Origin: an uncultured Thermococci archaeon
GTDB taxonomy: Archaea > CAYQAE01 > CAYVLA01
DNA: 48,333 nucleotides
Direction: 5' to 3'
Assembly (NCBI GenBank): GCA_964549615.1
Contig: CAZJVP010000078.1
Coordinates: forward strand, 1 to 48,333
Positions 19,935-30,189 of the stretch are shown here, piece by piece. Each line of letters opens with the position of its first letter. Position 1 is the stretch's first letter. The notes below the pieces were generated by a model, which did not search any database, was not told the DNA's origin, and saw nothing but the letters and a program-made list of their open reading frames with translations. A program made the translations under genes and the position numbers.

Positions 19935-21035
19935 TTGTCGATCAAGCTCGGCATAGTCGGGGTTGGTTACCTTTCCTCCTGTCTTCTCCACGGCCTGTCG
20001 CTTGCTCGCAGAGGCAAGGATGTATGGACATGCCTCTCAAACCCGATCCGAAATGAGATTCAGGTTCCCCTGTCCGACATCGAGCTCAAACTGGCTTTTG
20101 AAATAGACCGCAGCAAGATAGGCAAGACAGTCGGTCAGGTAGCTAGGGGATACTATCCGTCGCTCCCAGCAAACGACTACGACGATGTCGAAATTCAAAG
20201 AGGCGTCTGCCTCGAGGCTGACCATGTCGTGAAGGAGGTGTCTTCGATATGGGACGACATGGACCGGGGCGAGACCGAGGAGTACCTGAGAAGCAGAGTG
20301 GAAGGACTGGATGTTCTGCTAATATGCTCGACGACTGAGCCCAACCAGCCCCTGACGAGCAGCAAGGTCTACGCCATGTATGCCCTTCAAGAGGGCGTGA
20401 GCGTGATCAACGGCATCCCGACCAAGATCGCGGGCGACGAGGAGTACGACTACCTCGCTAGGAAGAACAAGGCAGTACTGTTCGGGAACGACTTCGCCAG
20501 CGGCGCAACGCCGCTCACGCACGACATCCTTGCGCATCTTGCCCAACACGCCAGAATACCGCTGAACATCGCTCAGTGGCAGTACGCCAGCAACACCGAT
20601 TTCAAGTCTCTATCGGAGTCCCGGGCGCGCGGGGATGCGAAGAAGGAGTCCAAGTCAAGGATCATTGAGGCCGTGTTTCCAGGGATGGATATCCCAAGCT
20701 ACATCGGCATCCAGTACATTCCTCCGACCGTGGACGGGGACCCTCACGCCAAGGGAATACCAATACTTGACCCAGATACGAAGCGGTTATACCTGAACAT
20801 CATGTACAGGACGTTCGCGGGAACCACGAACTTCCTCACCGTGACCGCGGAGATCAGCGACAGCCCGAGCGCGTGCGTGCTCGCTGCCGACCTCATAAGG
20901 CTGGTTCCCGTGGCGAAGGAGAAGAAGGACTACGTCCCCATCGAGCCCAATGCTTTCTACTTCAAGAGTCCGCCCCGCATATTTCCGAGCAGGATCGAGT
21001 CATTTAACCGTCTGCTGGAGTGGCTGAGGAGCTGA
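19935..21035 (+). CDS. myo-inositol-1-phosphate synthase family protein (divergent)
   Basis: GIVGVG, NGIPT, GNDFASGAT, NTDF, KKESKS, DSP, FKSPP. Confidence 0.8.
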   Translation: MSIKLGIVGVGYLSSCLLHGLSLARRGKDVWTCLSNPIRNEIQVPLSDIELKLAFEIDRSKIGKTVGQVARGYYPSLPANDYDDVEIQRGVCLEADHVVKEVSSIWDDMDRGETEEYLRSRVEGLDVLLICSTTEPNQPLTSSKVYAMYALQEGVSVINGIPTKIAGDEEYDYLARKNKAVLFGNDFASGATPLTHDILAHLAQHARIPLNIAQWQYASNTDFKSLSESRARGDAKKESKSRIIEAVFPGMDIPSYIGIQYIPPTVDGDPHAKGIPILDPDTKRLYLNIMYRTFAGTTNFLTVTAEISDSPSACVLAADLIRLVPVAKEKKDYVPIEPNAFYFKSPPRIFPSRIESFNRLLEWLRS

Positions 21036-21043
21036 GGCAGGCC

Positions 21044-21466
21044 ATGGTCGTTTACTGTGATAGAATAAGCAAGAGGACCGCTGGAGAGCTTGACTTCGTG
21101 GACATAACGCAGGACGTTCAGCAGGTCGTTCAGAACTCGAGAGTCAAGAACGGGATCGTCAGCGTCTTCGTCCCAGGGGCGACCGCGGCGATCGTGATGA
21201 ACGAGAACGAAAGGAACATAATCGAGGACTTCAGGCGCGCCATAGCAAACTTGGCACCAGCCTCGGCCGCGTACAGGCACGGGGACAACGCGAGGAGCCA
21301 CATCAGGGCGATGATCCTTGGTCCGAGCGAGACCATACCGGTCAGGGATGGTTCGCTCCAGATCGGGACCTGGCAGTCGGTCTTCTTGGTGGAGCTAGAC
21401 GTAAGGCCGAGGAACAGGGAGGTCGTGGTTCGGGTGATCGGAACCAGCGCCGTCCACGAAAACTAG
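21044..21466 (+). CDS. YjbQ/UPF0047 family protein
   Basis: DITQDV, GATAAI..NE, YRHGDNARSHIR, GTWQSVFLVELD. Confidence 0.9.
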   Translation: MVVYCDRISKRTAGELDFVDITQDVQQVVQNSRVKNGIVSVFVPGATAAIVMNENERNIIEDFRRAIANLAPASAAYRHGDNARSHIRAMILGPSETIPVRDGSLQIGTWQSVFLVELDVRPRNREVVVRVIGTSAVHEN

Positions 21467-21469
21467 ATG

Positions 21470-21736
21470 CTACTTCCTCTTCTGAGGGATCTTCCTCTCG
21501 TCCACGATTATGAATTCCTTCACGACCTGGACGGCGTTGTACGGCACCACGACGTTTCCATCGCTGTCGTGCAGCATGTTCGCCGTCTTGTCCTGCGGCT
21601 TGAACGGGCGAACAAGAAGCGCTATGAGTTCACCCGTCTTCTCGCTCATGGAGATGTCGTAGAGCTCGCCAATCCTGACTCCAGTATCGGTGACAACTTC
21701 CTTGTCACGAAGCCGGCTTGCGATTATGTTCGCCAA
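21470..21736 (-). CDS. Stand-alone PRC-barrel protein (CdpB-like)
   Basis: L.DKEVVTDTG..IGEL.D...E.TG...VPY.AV..V..FIIV pattern. Confidence 0.85.
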   Translation of the reverse strand: MANIIASRLRDKEVVTDTGVRIGELYDISMSEKTGELIALLVRPFKPQDKTANMLHDSDGNVVVPYNAVQVVKEFIIVDERKIPQKRK

Positions 21737-22089
21737 TCTGGGATGCCCCCGGTCGGTTTCCGCATCTCTCCAGAGAATCGGTGCTTATATCTATTTCGGG
21801 TTTCCTTTCCGGCCTCGGGAAAGGATAGTCGTCGAGGCCATTCGAGTTCCAACCCGGGCGGCTCTTGGCCTTCCACATGCATCCATCTCTTGGCTGGCCC
21901 TTGCGATCCCCCGCATCTCCCTGCCAGGGTCACGTTCCATCCCTCAGAAACGTCCCCGGCCGGTTCTCAACAGGATGGATCTCAGGGGCAAAGCCGGTAG
22001 TGCGTCCCAAGGGTCGGGAAGCCGCGAAATGCGTCTGGGGCATCGACCTAGGCCGCCAAGAAGCGCCCTCATGCTCGCCACGCGCGGTG

Positions 22090-24366
22090 CTATCTGGTGT
22101 ACTCCGTGATCTCGTGCGAGTATTGCTTGGCGAAGTTGCCTCCGATCCTCCTGTACATGTTCATGATCTCCTCGGTCACGCTTGGGCCGATCTTCCTCAG
22201 CGCCTCCTCGAAGTGCGCCCCCCGTACGACCTTGGCCTGCATGTCCTCCCTGAGTGCCAGCATGGCTGCTTCCCTACACACGCTGGCAAGGTCCGAGCCG
22301 ACGTAGCCGTCGGTCCTCCTCGCGATATCCCGTATGTCGACATCGGCCGCAAGCGGCATGCCCCTCGTGTGGATCCGGAGTATCTCCTCCCTCTCGCGTG
22401 CGTCAGGTGCCGAGATGAGTAGTTGCCTGTCGATCCTGCCCGGCCTGATGAGGGCCGTGTCTATCATGTCGGGCCTGTTCGTTGCGGCTATGACGACCAC
22501 GTCCTTCAGCTCCTCAAGGCCATCAAGCTCGGTGAGCAGCTGGGTCACCATCCTCTCGCTGACGTGGGAGTCGGCGGACATCCCCCTCCTTGGGCATATG
22601 GCATCCAACTCGTCGAGGAAGACTATCGAGGGCGCTGCCTGCCTAGCCTTTCTGAACGTCTCCCTGATCGCCCTCTCCGACTCACCTACCCACTTGGAGA
22701 GGATGGAGGGGCCCTTTATGGATATGAAGTTCGCCGCGCTTTCGCTCGCCACCGCCTTCGCGACCAGCGTCTTACCCGTCCCAGGCGGTCCATAGAGAAG
22801 TATCCCCTTCGGCGGGGTTATGCCCATTCTCTTGAAGGTCTCAGGGTACTTGAGCGGCCATTCGATGGCCTCTCGCAGTTCGCGTTTGACCTGGGCCATG
22901 CCCCCTATGTCGTCCCATGTGACGCGAGGTATCTCGATCATGACTTCCCTCAGGGCAGATGGCTCAACGACCTTCAGGGAGGCCTCGAAATCACCCCGCG
23001 TGACCACGAGCTTCTCGAGAACCTCGGGAGGTATCATCTCCTGTTCGAGATCCATCTCAGGAAGCACCCTGCGCAGAGCACTCATCGCGGCTTCCTTGCA
23101 CAGTGCCTCAAGGTCCGCGCCCACGAACCCGTGGGTCCTCTCGGCGAGGTCGTCGAGGTCGACGTCCTCGGTAAGGGGCATTCCTCGGGTGTGTATCTGC
23201 AAGATCTCCTTCCTGCCCTGCCGGTCGGGGACGCCGATCTCGATCTCCCTGTCGAACCTCCCCGGCCTCCTTATGGCGGGGTCAAGGGCGTTCTCCCGGT
23301 TGGTTGCCCCTATCACGATCACCCTGCCCCTGCTCTTCAGCCCGTCCATCAACGACAGGATCTGCGCGACCACACGCCGTTCGACCTCCCCCGTCACCTC
23401 CTCGCGCTTGGGCGCGATTGCATCCAGCTCGTCGATGAAGATTATGCTAGGTGCATTCTGTTCGGCCTCCTTGAAGAGGTCCCTTATCCTCTTCTCCGAC
23501 TCCCCGTAGAACTTGCTCATTATCTCCGGCCCTGTGATGGATATGAAGTACGCATCGGCCTCGCTTGCAACCGCCCGCGCAATCAGAGTCTTTCCCGTCC
23601 CGGGTGGACCGTAGAGGAGGACGCCCTTCGGGGGCTCTATTCCCAGTCGCGCGAATACCTCCGGGTGCCTCAACGGAAGCTCGATCATCTCCCTGACCCT
23701 GTTGATCTCGTCCTTGAGCCCCCCGATGTCATCGTACGTGACGACCACCATCATTCCCTCGCCCGCTTCAGCGGGTTCGGGCCGCACCTCGACCACCGTG
23801 CCGGAAGATATCCTTACGGTGCCCTTCGGGATCGTACTGACCACCCTGAACTGGAGTTCGGAAATGCCATAGTGACTACCCCCGGTGCCAGCCTGAAGGT
23901 CGCCGAAGAACCAGTCGAACAGGTTCGGCATCTCCCTGACGGTCTCCTGCTTTCTCCTGAGGCTCAGCGGAGTGACGATGTCCCCCTGGACCAGTGCCCT
24001 GCCCAACAGGGAGTTCTTCAGGCTCTGGGTCGAGCCGGGGCCCTTTATGGGCCGGTCAACCGGGGCAAGCACTATTCTCCTCGCCTCTTTGGGCACCACC
24101 TTCTGGATTCTGACGCTCTCGCCCAGCCCCACCCCGGCATTCACCCTCGTCAGCCCATCCATCCTGATCGTTCGAAGCTTGCGATCGCTGGGCAGCGGCT
24201 CGCCGACTATCGCTGCTGTCGACCTCTTGCCGCAGATCTGTACCGCGTCCCCGGTGGCCAGCGACAGGCGCTTTCCGACTTCGGGATCTATCCAGACTAT
24301 GCCTTTCCCTGCATCGCCCGTCTTGACTTCTGCGACCTTGAGTATGACCTCGGGGTTGTCTTCCAC
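22090..24366 (-). CDS. cdc48: CDC48/VCP family AAA ATPase
   Basis: Two GPPGTGKT Walker A motifs, DELD Walker B motifs and RPGR fingers; AGGAGG SD before the GTG start. Confidence 0.97.
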   Translation of the reverse strand: MEDNPEVILKVAEVKTGDAGKGIVWIDPEVGKRLSLATGDAVQICGKRSTAAIVGEPLPSDRKLRTIRMDGLTRVNAGVGLGESVRIQKVVPKEARRIVLAPVDRPIKGPGSTQSLKNSLLGRALVQGDIVTPLSLRRKQETVREMPNLFDWFFGDLQAGTGGSHYGISELQFRVVSTIPKGTVRISSGTVVEVRPEPAEAGEGMMVVVTYDDIGGLKDEINRVREMIELPLRHPEVFARLGIEPPKGVLLYGPPGTGKTLIARAVASEADAYFISITGPEIMSKFYGESEKRIRDLFKEAEQNAPSIIFIDELDAIAPKREEVTGEVERRVVAQILSLMDGLKSRGRVIVIGATNRENALDPAIRRPGRFDREIEIGVPDRQGRKEILQIHTRGMPLTEDVDLDDLAERTHGFVGADLEALCKEAAMSALRRVLPEMDLEQEMIPPEVLEKLVVTRGDFEASLKVVEPSALREVMIEIPRVTWDDIGGMAQVKRELREAIEWPLKYPETFKRMGITPPKGILLYGPPGTGKTLVAKAVASESAANFISIKGPSILSKWVGESERAIRETFRKARQAAPSIVFLDELDAICPRRGMSADSHVSERMVTQLLTELDGLEELKDVVVIAATNRPDMIDTALIRPGRIDRQLLISAPDAREREEILRIHTRGMPLAADVDIRDIARRTDGYVGSDLASVCREAAMLALREDMQAKVVRGAHFEEALRKIGPSVTEEIMNMYRRIGGNFAKQYSHEITEYTR

Positions 24367-24436
24367 GTTCGACCTCCTTGATCCCGTGAACTTATTGTCG
24401 GAAAACTTATTTATCGATATTGATGATGAGCCGAGC

Positions 24437-25669
24437 ATGTCAGATTCCGCGGACGGCAAACCCGACGCCGTGCTGATAGACTGCCACCACGCCGGGATCT
24501 CGGGCGATATGCTGCTCGGAGCCCTCCTTCACCTGGGGGCCGACCAGACGAGGATCTTGGAAGAGATCCGAAGGTGCGTGGCCAGAATGGCATCGGTACG
24601 CATGGTTGTCTCGAGGGTGAAAAGGGCCTCCATCGAATGTACTAAGGTAGAATTCGAGATATCGAAGCCGAGGAAACGTGTTGACATGCAGTTATGTTTC
24701 AGAAGGTCGTCTGACCCCTGGATCAGAGACACATCCCAAAAGGTTCTCGACACCCTGCTTGCTGCGGAGTCCAAGGTGCACGGCGACGAAGCGATGCAGC
24801 ACCCGCACCTTCATGAGATCGGACAGATCGACGCCGTCGCGGATATCGTAGGGTGTCTCGCCGCCTGGAGAGATCTTGGACTTGACAAGCTTGACGTTTT
24901 TTCCACGCGGGTTGCGGTGGGCGGCGGGATGCTTTCGTTCTCACACGGGGAGTTCCCTGTCCCGGCCCCTGCAACCCTCGAGATATTGAAAGGCGTCCCC
25001 GTGACGATAGGAGGCAGAAGGGAGCTAACCACCCCGACCGGAGCGTCCTTGCTGGTGAACCTAGCACACAGCTTCCTGGATTCCGTTGATCTGCGCCCCC
25101 TCAAGGTGGGCTGGGGGGCCGGATCAGACGTCGAGGGTTTTCTTAACGCGACCAGGGTGGTCCTGGGGGCCCGCGGGAACGGCGTGCAGGATTTCATCGA
25201 CCTCATCGAGACAAGCGTGGACGATGCTACGCCCGAGGCGCTCGGCCACGCCGCAAGCAGGCTGATGGATGAAGGGGCCTTGGACGTCAGCATAATCCCG
25301 TCGCTGATGAAGAAGGGCCGCCCGGGGAACCTACTGCGCGTCGTGTCGCCGCCCGGGTCAACCGACCGCATCTGCGACGTGTTGATGGCCGAGACAGGAT
25401 CCCTCGGGGCGCGATTGTTTCGCAAGGTCGAGCGCAGGAAGTTGGTCAGGGAGACGAAACAAGTGGAGGTGAAGCTGGGGGGCAGCCTTCACAGGGCCAA
25501 CGTGAAGATTGGCAGAACAGAAGGGGGGAAGATCGCGTCGATCAAGCCCGAGTACTCGGATGTCGTCTCGATCTGTCGGCAGACCGGGTTGGATTTCCCG
25601 CGCGTACACCGGGCAATCCTTGAAGCTGCCGGCCGGGAACTGGCTGCGCAAGACGGATCTCGCCCGTAG
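24437..25669 (+). CDS. larC: Nickel insertion protein LarC (nickel-pincer cofactor)
   Basis: [47 protein letters not shown]. Confidence 0.92.
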   Translation: MSDSADGKPDAVLIDCHHAGISGDMLLGALLHLGADQTRILEEIRRCVARMASVRMVVSRVKRASIECTKVEFEISKPRKRVDMQLCFRRSSDPWIRDTSQKVLDTLLAAESKVHGDEAMQHPHLHEIGQIDAVADIVGCLAAWRDLGLDKLDVFSTRVAVGGGMLSFSHGEFPVPAPATLEILKGVPVTIGGRRELTTPTGASLLVNLAHSFLDSVDLRPLKVGWGAGSDVEGFLNATRVVLGARGNGVQDFIDLIETSVDDATPEALGHAASRLMDEGALDVSIIPSLMKKGRPGNLLRVVSPPGSTDRICDVLMAETGSLGARLFRKVERRKLVRETKQVEVKLGGSLHRANVKIGRTEGGKIASIKPEYSDVVSICRQTGLDFPRVHRAILEAAGRELAAQDGSRP

Positions 25670-25799
25670 TGGCCCGCACGAACGAGTCTCTTGCAGAAGC
25701 AGCGGCCGGGGCGCGGGCATTCATTTTTAAGTCGCGAGCTAGCGGCGGATTCTCCGGGAGAAGGGGCTACGGCTTCTGATCCCCGGGAGGCCCACCGAA

Positions 25800-26402
25800 A
25801 TGGGAGATTTCAGGATCGCCTACCGAAACATAAAGAGGAGGGCTTTCTCCTCAAGCCTCACGATCGTGGGGGTGATGGTTGGGATAGCCTTCTTCTTGTA
25901 CGTGTTCTACATCATCGTGGGACTCGGGGAAACCGTTGCTGCCAACGAAACCGTCAACCAGACCGCTGCCGCAGAGGAGGCAGGGATCGAGCCTTACCAC
26001 GTGGTGCAGATGATCGTGATCCTTAGCGTCGCAACCGTCGGGGTGACGAGCACCATGTTCATGTCGGTGACGCAGAGGACGAGGGAGATCGGCATCATGA
26101 AGGCGCTGGGATTCTCGAGCTCGTCCGTTCTCAGGGTGTTTCTGACCGAGTCGCTGCTGCTGGGAGCAATAGGTGGCCTAGCCGGGTCGTTCTTGGGTTT
26201 GGCGCTGATTTGGGGGAGGAACTCCTTCGTCTTGACCGAGAATCTGAGGGTTGCCAGCTCCAAGATCATAGCCACCTTTGCTTGGCCGATGCTCCCCGTC
26301 GGGCTGATCCTTGCGGTCGTCCTCGCGGGGTTGGCCGGCTTTGTGCCATCTAAGAGGGCCGCCGCCATGGATCCGGAGGTTGCCTTGTACTATGAGTGGT
26401 GA
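25800..26402 (+). CDS. MacB/FtsX-like ABC permease lacking the large extracytoplasmic domain
   Basis: AYRNIKRR..SSLT, SVTQRTREIGIMKALG, PSKRAA.MDP..AL. Confidence 0.88.
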   Translation: MGDFRIAYRNIKRRAFSSSLTIVGVMVGIAFFLYVFYIIVGLGETVAANETVNQTAAAEEAGIEPYHVVQMIVILSVATVGVTSTMFMSVTQRTREIGIMKALGFSSSSVLRVFLTESLLLGAIGGLAGSFLGLALIWGRNSFVLTENLRVASSKIIATFAWPMLPVGLILAVVLAGLAGFVPSKRAAAMDPEVALYYEW

Positions 26403-27270
26403 GATAGTCCGAAGGCACAAGGTCGCGACCGTTGCAGCGGGGGCCGAGGCCAGAAGGGAGATCCCGGCTGAGGAGGCTGCGGAGAGGCGCGCCCGCAGGG
26501 AGGCGGCAAGGGAAAGGAGGTACAGGTGGGTCATCGAGGGCTATGACCTGTACAAGTCCTTCCAGATCGGCCGCAACGTCATAACGGCCGTTAACGGCAT
26601 AACGATTCAGGTTCGGCGTGGGGAGTTCGTGGCGATCGTCGGTCCCTCGGGCTCCGGGAAGTCGACCCTCCTCAACATTCTTGGCGGCCTCGCGCGGCCA
26701 ACCGAGGGCCGGGTCTTCATCGACGGCATAGACATAACGAGGGGCTTCCTTGGCAGCGAGTTCTCGATCCTTCCGACGGTGAGGCGAAGGAAGATCGGGT
26801 TCGTCTTCCAGTTTTTCAATCTCGTGCCCGTCTTGTCGGCGCTGGAGAACGTCGAGCTTCCGATGATGTTCGAGACCGTCGAGAAGCTACCCGAGGAGGA
26901 AAGGAGGGCCAAGGCAATGAGGCTGTTGGAGACCGTTGGGCTTGCCGACAGGATGCATCACAAGCCATCCCAGCTTAGCGGCGGTCAGAGGCAGCGGGTG
27001 GCAATCGCGAGGGCACTTGCGAACGATCCATCCATAGTCTTGGCCGACGAGCCGACGGGCAACTTGGACTCAGCCACCGGTAGGATGATCGTCCAGCTCA
27101 TGAAGAGGTTGAACGAGGAGCAGCGCGTCACCTTCCTCATCACCACCCACGACATAAAGATCGCCCAGTGGGCCGACAGGATCCTCTACCTGACCGACGG
27201 CAAGATCACCGAGGAGAAGATCAGCGCCGAGGAAGTCGTCGGCAAGGCTGGCGAGAAAGAGCTCCATTAG
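26392..27270 (+). CDS. ABC transporter ATP-binding protein (LolD/MacB type)
   Basis: GPSGSGKS, GFVFQFFNL, LSGGQRQR, ADEPTGNLD. Confidence 0.95.
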   Translation: MSGEIVRRHKVATVAAGAEARREIPAEEAAERRARREAARERRYRWVIEGYDLYKSFQIGRNVITAVNGITIQVRRGEFVAIVGPSGSGKSTLLNILGGLARPTEGRVFIDGIDITRGFLGSEFSILPTVRRRKIGFVFQFFNLVPVLSALENVELPMMFETVEKLPEEERRAKAMRLLETVGLADRMHHKPSQLSGGQRQRVAIARALANDPSIVLADEPTGNLDSATGRMIVQLMKRLNEEQRVTFLITTHDIKIAQWADRILYLTDGKITEEKISAEEVVGKAGEKELH

Positions 27271-27788
27271 TGGGATTCTTGAGTGGTTCTTCGGCGCCCT
27301 TGGCTGAGGCGGGGAGGACGAAGATCAGGAAGGCGGAACCAAGCGATCTGCCCGCCATCGTGGACATCAACCGGAAGTCTTTCGTGCTTCCTTACACGGT
27401 TTCGGTCTTCAGGGAGTTCTTCAGGGAACACCGCTACGCGTTCCTAGTTGCCGAGTGCGATGGCAGGGTAGTTGGCTATGCCATGTCGAGGATTCTCCGG
27501 AGACTTGACCTGCGAGGGTTCGGCGTCAAGAGGATAGGACACATAATGTCGCTCGCCGTCGAGCCGAGATTTCGAAGGAGGGGAATCGGCAAGGAATTGC
27601 TCAAGAGGACGATGGAGGCCCTGTGGGGAAACGGCGCGAGCGAGCTTCAGCTCGAGGTGAGGGTCAGTAACCAGCTCGCCATAGAGATGTACCGCAACGC
27701 TGGCTTCAAGGAAGAGCGCGTCATCCCGGGCTACTACAGCGATGGCGAGGATGCCGTACTCATGACCAAGGGCCGGTCGGAAGAGTGA
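27270..27788 (+). CDS. RimI/Ard1-type N-terminal acetyltransferase
   Basis: GHIMSLAV..RRRGIG, LEVRVSN, YYSDGEDA; start approximate. Confidence 0.9.
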   Translation: MGFLSGSSAPLAEAGRTKIRKAEPSDLPAIVDINRKSFVLPYTVSVFREFFREHRYAFLVAECDGRVVGYAMSRILRRLDLRGFGVKRIGHIMSLAVEPRFRRRGIGKELLKRTMEALWGNGASELQLEVRVSNQLAIEMYRNAGFKEERVIPGYYSDGEDAVLMTKGRSEE

Positions 27789-28027
27789 GGAACCTAGCCT
27801 GGGGAGATGGGCCTCGGCTTCACGAAGGGCCGTGTTACGGCGTGCCGCCGGGCTTGGACGACTCCTCTATCGGGGGAGACGTTGGCAAGGCTGAGCCAAG
27901 CAGGTTAGGACCCTCGCGGAATCCGTCTTGGCCGGCGGCATTCGGGGTGGGAACGGCCCAAGATGGCGGGAAGCAAGAACCTAAGATTTAAGAGGATTTG
28001 GGCAGGCCTTCGTCAGCGAACTGAACC

Positions 28028-28441
28028 TTGGGCGCGTTCACGAAGGAATTCATCTTTGCGACGAAGGGCGAGATAGACGTCCTCGATGTCACGGAATACG
28101 TCACGTCGGCCGTTGCGGAGTCCAGGTTGCTTAGCGGCGTCGCCACGGTCTTCACGTCGGAAGAGACATGCGCCTTGGTCACGATGGAATACGAACATGG
28201 CCTCGTACAGGATCTCAAGCAGGTGATCAGCAAGCTCGTTCCCAGGTCGGAGGGGTACTCGCACAACAGCGTTGACGATGATGCGCACTGCCACCTGAGG
28301 TCCACACTCTTGGGCAGCACCGTTTCGATCCCCTTTGTGAACGGCAACCTTGCGCTCGGCGCTTGGCAGCAGGTTCTGTTCCTGGAGCTGGGCAAGAGGC
28401 CCAGCACAAGGAAGATCGTGGTTCAGGTCGTGGGTGAGTAG
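28028..28441 (+). CDS. YjbQ/UPF0047 family protein (second paralog)
   Basis: DVTEYV, EYE.GL..D, Y.H....DAHCHLRS, GAWQQVLFLE. Confidence 0.88.
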   Translation: MGAFTKEFIFATKGEIDVLDVTEYVTSAVAESRLLSGVATVFTSEETCALVTMEYEHGLVQDLKQVISKLVPRSEGYSHNSVDDDAHCHLRSTLLGSTVSIPFVNGNLALGAWQQVLFLELGKRPSTRKIVVQVVGE

Positions 28442-28450
28442 GCGATCTTC

Positions 28451-28714
28451 ATGTCCGGAAATGAGGAAGATATCATAAGCAAGGAGCTGCTCGACATACT
28501 GGCTTGCCCCTTCTGCAAGAAGGACATCAAGCTCGAGGGAAAGGATCTCGTCTCCGAGTGCGGGCTTCGCTACAAGATAGAGGACGGGATTCCCTATATG
28601 CTCTTCCCGATCTGCCCCGACTGCAGGGTCGAGACTGAGTTGACGAAGGAGGACCATGAGTTCGAATTCGTCTGCGGGAAGTGCGGGAAGAAGCTGTACG
28701 ACAAGAGGGATTGA
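28451..28714 (+). CDS. Trm112-like protein with extra C-terminal zinc ribbon
   Basis: LLDILACPFCK...Y.IEDGIP.ML, followed by CPDC..CGKC. Confidence 0.8.
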   Translation: MSGNEEDIISKELLDILACPFCKKDIKLEGKDLVSECGLRYKIEDGIPYMLFPICPDCRVETELTKEDHEFEFVCGKCGKKLYDKRD

Positions 28715-29079
28715 GCCGTCCGGCGGCATCGAGTGGGCACTTACAGGGAGGCGACGTTCCGGTGCGCGGCCCGTTGGCGCAGGGCCGGGACGGGTCGACC
28801 GGACGAAGGAATCCTGGCGGATGCTCAGGCGCACGCTCTCTTCTCCAGGGACCTGATCGTTCTCGATGGGGAGATGTTCGGCCCCGGGCCCGATTGTTTT
28901 TCGACCTTGCCCGTGGCCACCCGAATGCTGTGAGAGATCAAAACGTCTGCAGTCGAGTCCCTGAACGACTGGCTGTTTGTTGAGCGCTCGTTTTCAGGTA
29001 GGGCGCGTATCCAACCATAACATGCGTGATAACGCGTTCATTCTACAAATCCGTTAATAGTCCCTAACATCTCTACCAT

Positions 29080-29295
29080 TTGGCGATGGAGCTCGAAGCT
29101 GCAGTGAGGGTCGCCGTGGAGAACGCGATAGCCGAGATCCTTCGTGTCATCCGAATGTCGGGGAACGATGGGTACCTGAGGAAGAAGGACCTAGAACACG
29201 TTCTCGGGGAGATAAAGAACAACCTTGTATCGGATCCCGGACTCTATGAGAGACTGGTCCTGAAACCTCTTCACATTTTGGATAACAAGCCTTGA
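29080..29295 (+). CDS. Small hypothetical protein
   Basis: Helical-looking 69-71 aa ORF downstream of a TTAATA box. Confidence 0.55.
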   Translation: MAMELEAAVRVAVENAIAEILRVIRMSGNDGYLRKKDLEHVLGEIKNNLVSDPGLYERLVLKPLHILDNKP

Positions 29296-29298
29296 CCC

Positions 29299-30030
29299 GT
29301 GACATTTTTCAGAGTTCGCCGAGCCCCACACCGCACGTTGACGGCGAGGCGGTTTTTTTCGGGTGCGTTGGTCCTGCTTCTCGCCTCATGCCTGGCCGAG
29401 GAGTCCCACTACTTCGAGTCCATCTCCTACTCGATCGAGACGTCCCAGATGGGAATATCGATGACTTGCAAGATGCAGGTCGTCTCTTTACAGGCGAATC
29501 TCTCGTCGGTGAACATCAGCGTACCGTACCCCCCAGGGGATCTACTTTCCGAGCCAATCGTCATGGTCGGAAAGAAGGTCGTGGCGCCGACCATCCGTAC
29601 GGGCGAGAATGAGACGGTGCTGAGCGTCGGCCTCGCGGGAATGAAGTTGGGCCAGTTGGAATCGATAACCCTGCGCTATATCGTGCGCGGAGGCATAACG
29701 CTCGGCCCCGGATCCAGGGTCGAAGTGCGCACCCTCGGCCTGGGAGGGGGAGCGACGGGGCAGACCCTTGGCCTAAAGCTCCCGAAGGGGCTTACGATCT
29801 CCAGGATAGAAACTCCATACGGCTCGGTTCGGCCTGGGAAGTCCGGAGCCTCCCTCCACCTTGGCGCCGAATCAACTAGGGTGGTGCTCGTCGTCAGGCG
29901 GACGAACCTTCTGGACAACAGATATGCGGCTTGGGGCATTGCCCTCGCGATAGTAGCCGTTCCAGCTGGCCTGCTTTTCCGCAGGTGGCGCCGGAAGCGA
30001 AAGCCGCAGGAGGCCGGAGTCACATATTAA
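29299..30030 (+). CDS. Hypothetical secreted beta-rich protein with C-terminal TM anchor
   Basis: Signal-like N-terminus; C-terminal WGIALAIVAVPAGLLF followed by RRWRRKRK. Confidence 0.65.
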   Translation: MTFFRVRRAPHRTLTARRFFSGALVLLLASCLAEESHYFESISYSIETSQMGISMTCKMQVVSLQANLSSVNISVPYPPGDLLSEPIVMVGKKVVAPTIRTGENETVLSVGLAGMKLGQLESITLRYIVRGGITLGPGSRVEVRTLGLGGGATGQTLGLKLPKGLTISRIETPYGSVRPGKSGASLHLGAESTRVVLVVRRTNLLDNRYAAWGIALAIVAVPAGLLFRRWRRKRKPQEAGVTY

Positions 30031-30055
30031 AGTGGCACGTCCGATGTGATCGCAC

Positions 30056-30178
30056 GGCCGTGGTGGTGTAGCCTGGCAACGACCGTCATTTGACGGTCGA
30101 CGGAGGCACAAAGGACTGTGGATCCTTTAGCCCGAGTCGCCCGGTCCGGGCGCGGGAGTTCAAATCTCGGCCACGGCC
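30056..30178 (+). tRNA. tRNA-His(GUG) with encoded G-1 and two introns (30079-30105 at 21/22; 30137-30158 at 53/54)
   Basis: Acceptor GCCGTGG/CCACGGC with G-1:C73, anticodon arm AAGGA-CTGTGGA-TCCTT; both inserts form hairpins within BHB-like motifs. Confidence 0.92.
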
Positions 30179-30189
30179 CTCCGTACGGG

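Noticed and set aside
21737-22089. 350-bp GC-rich spacer considered as SRP or RNase P RNA
   Set aside because: No convincing SRP helix 8 motif or RNase P GAGGAAAGUCC-type motif on either strand; a covariance-model search would settle it
22423-24381. 652-aa plus-strand ORF and many similar long antisense ORFs
   Set aside because: Shadow ORFs opposite high-GC3 genes such as cdc48
27785-27991. 68-aa ORF after rimI
   Set aside because: Pro/Gly-rich with no motif; insufficient support
28715-29079. Long spacer examined for C/D-box sRNA or small genes
   Set aside because: No well-formed box C/D pair, and the ORFs are unconvincing
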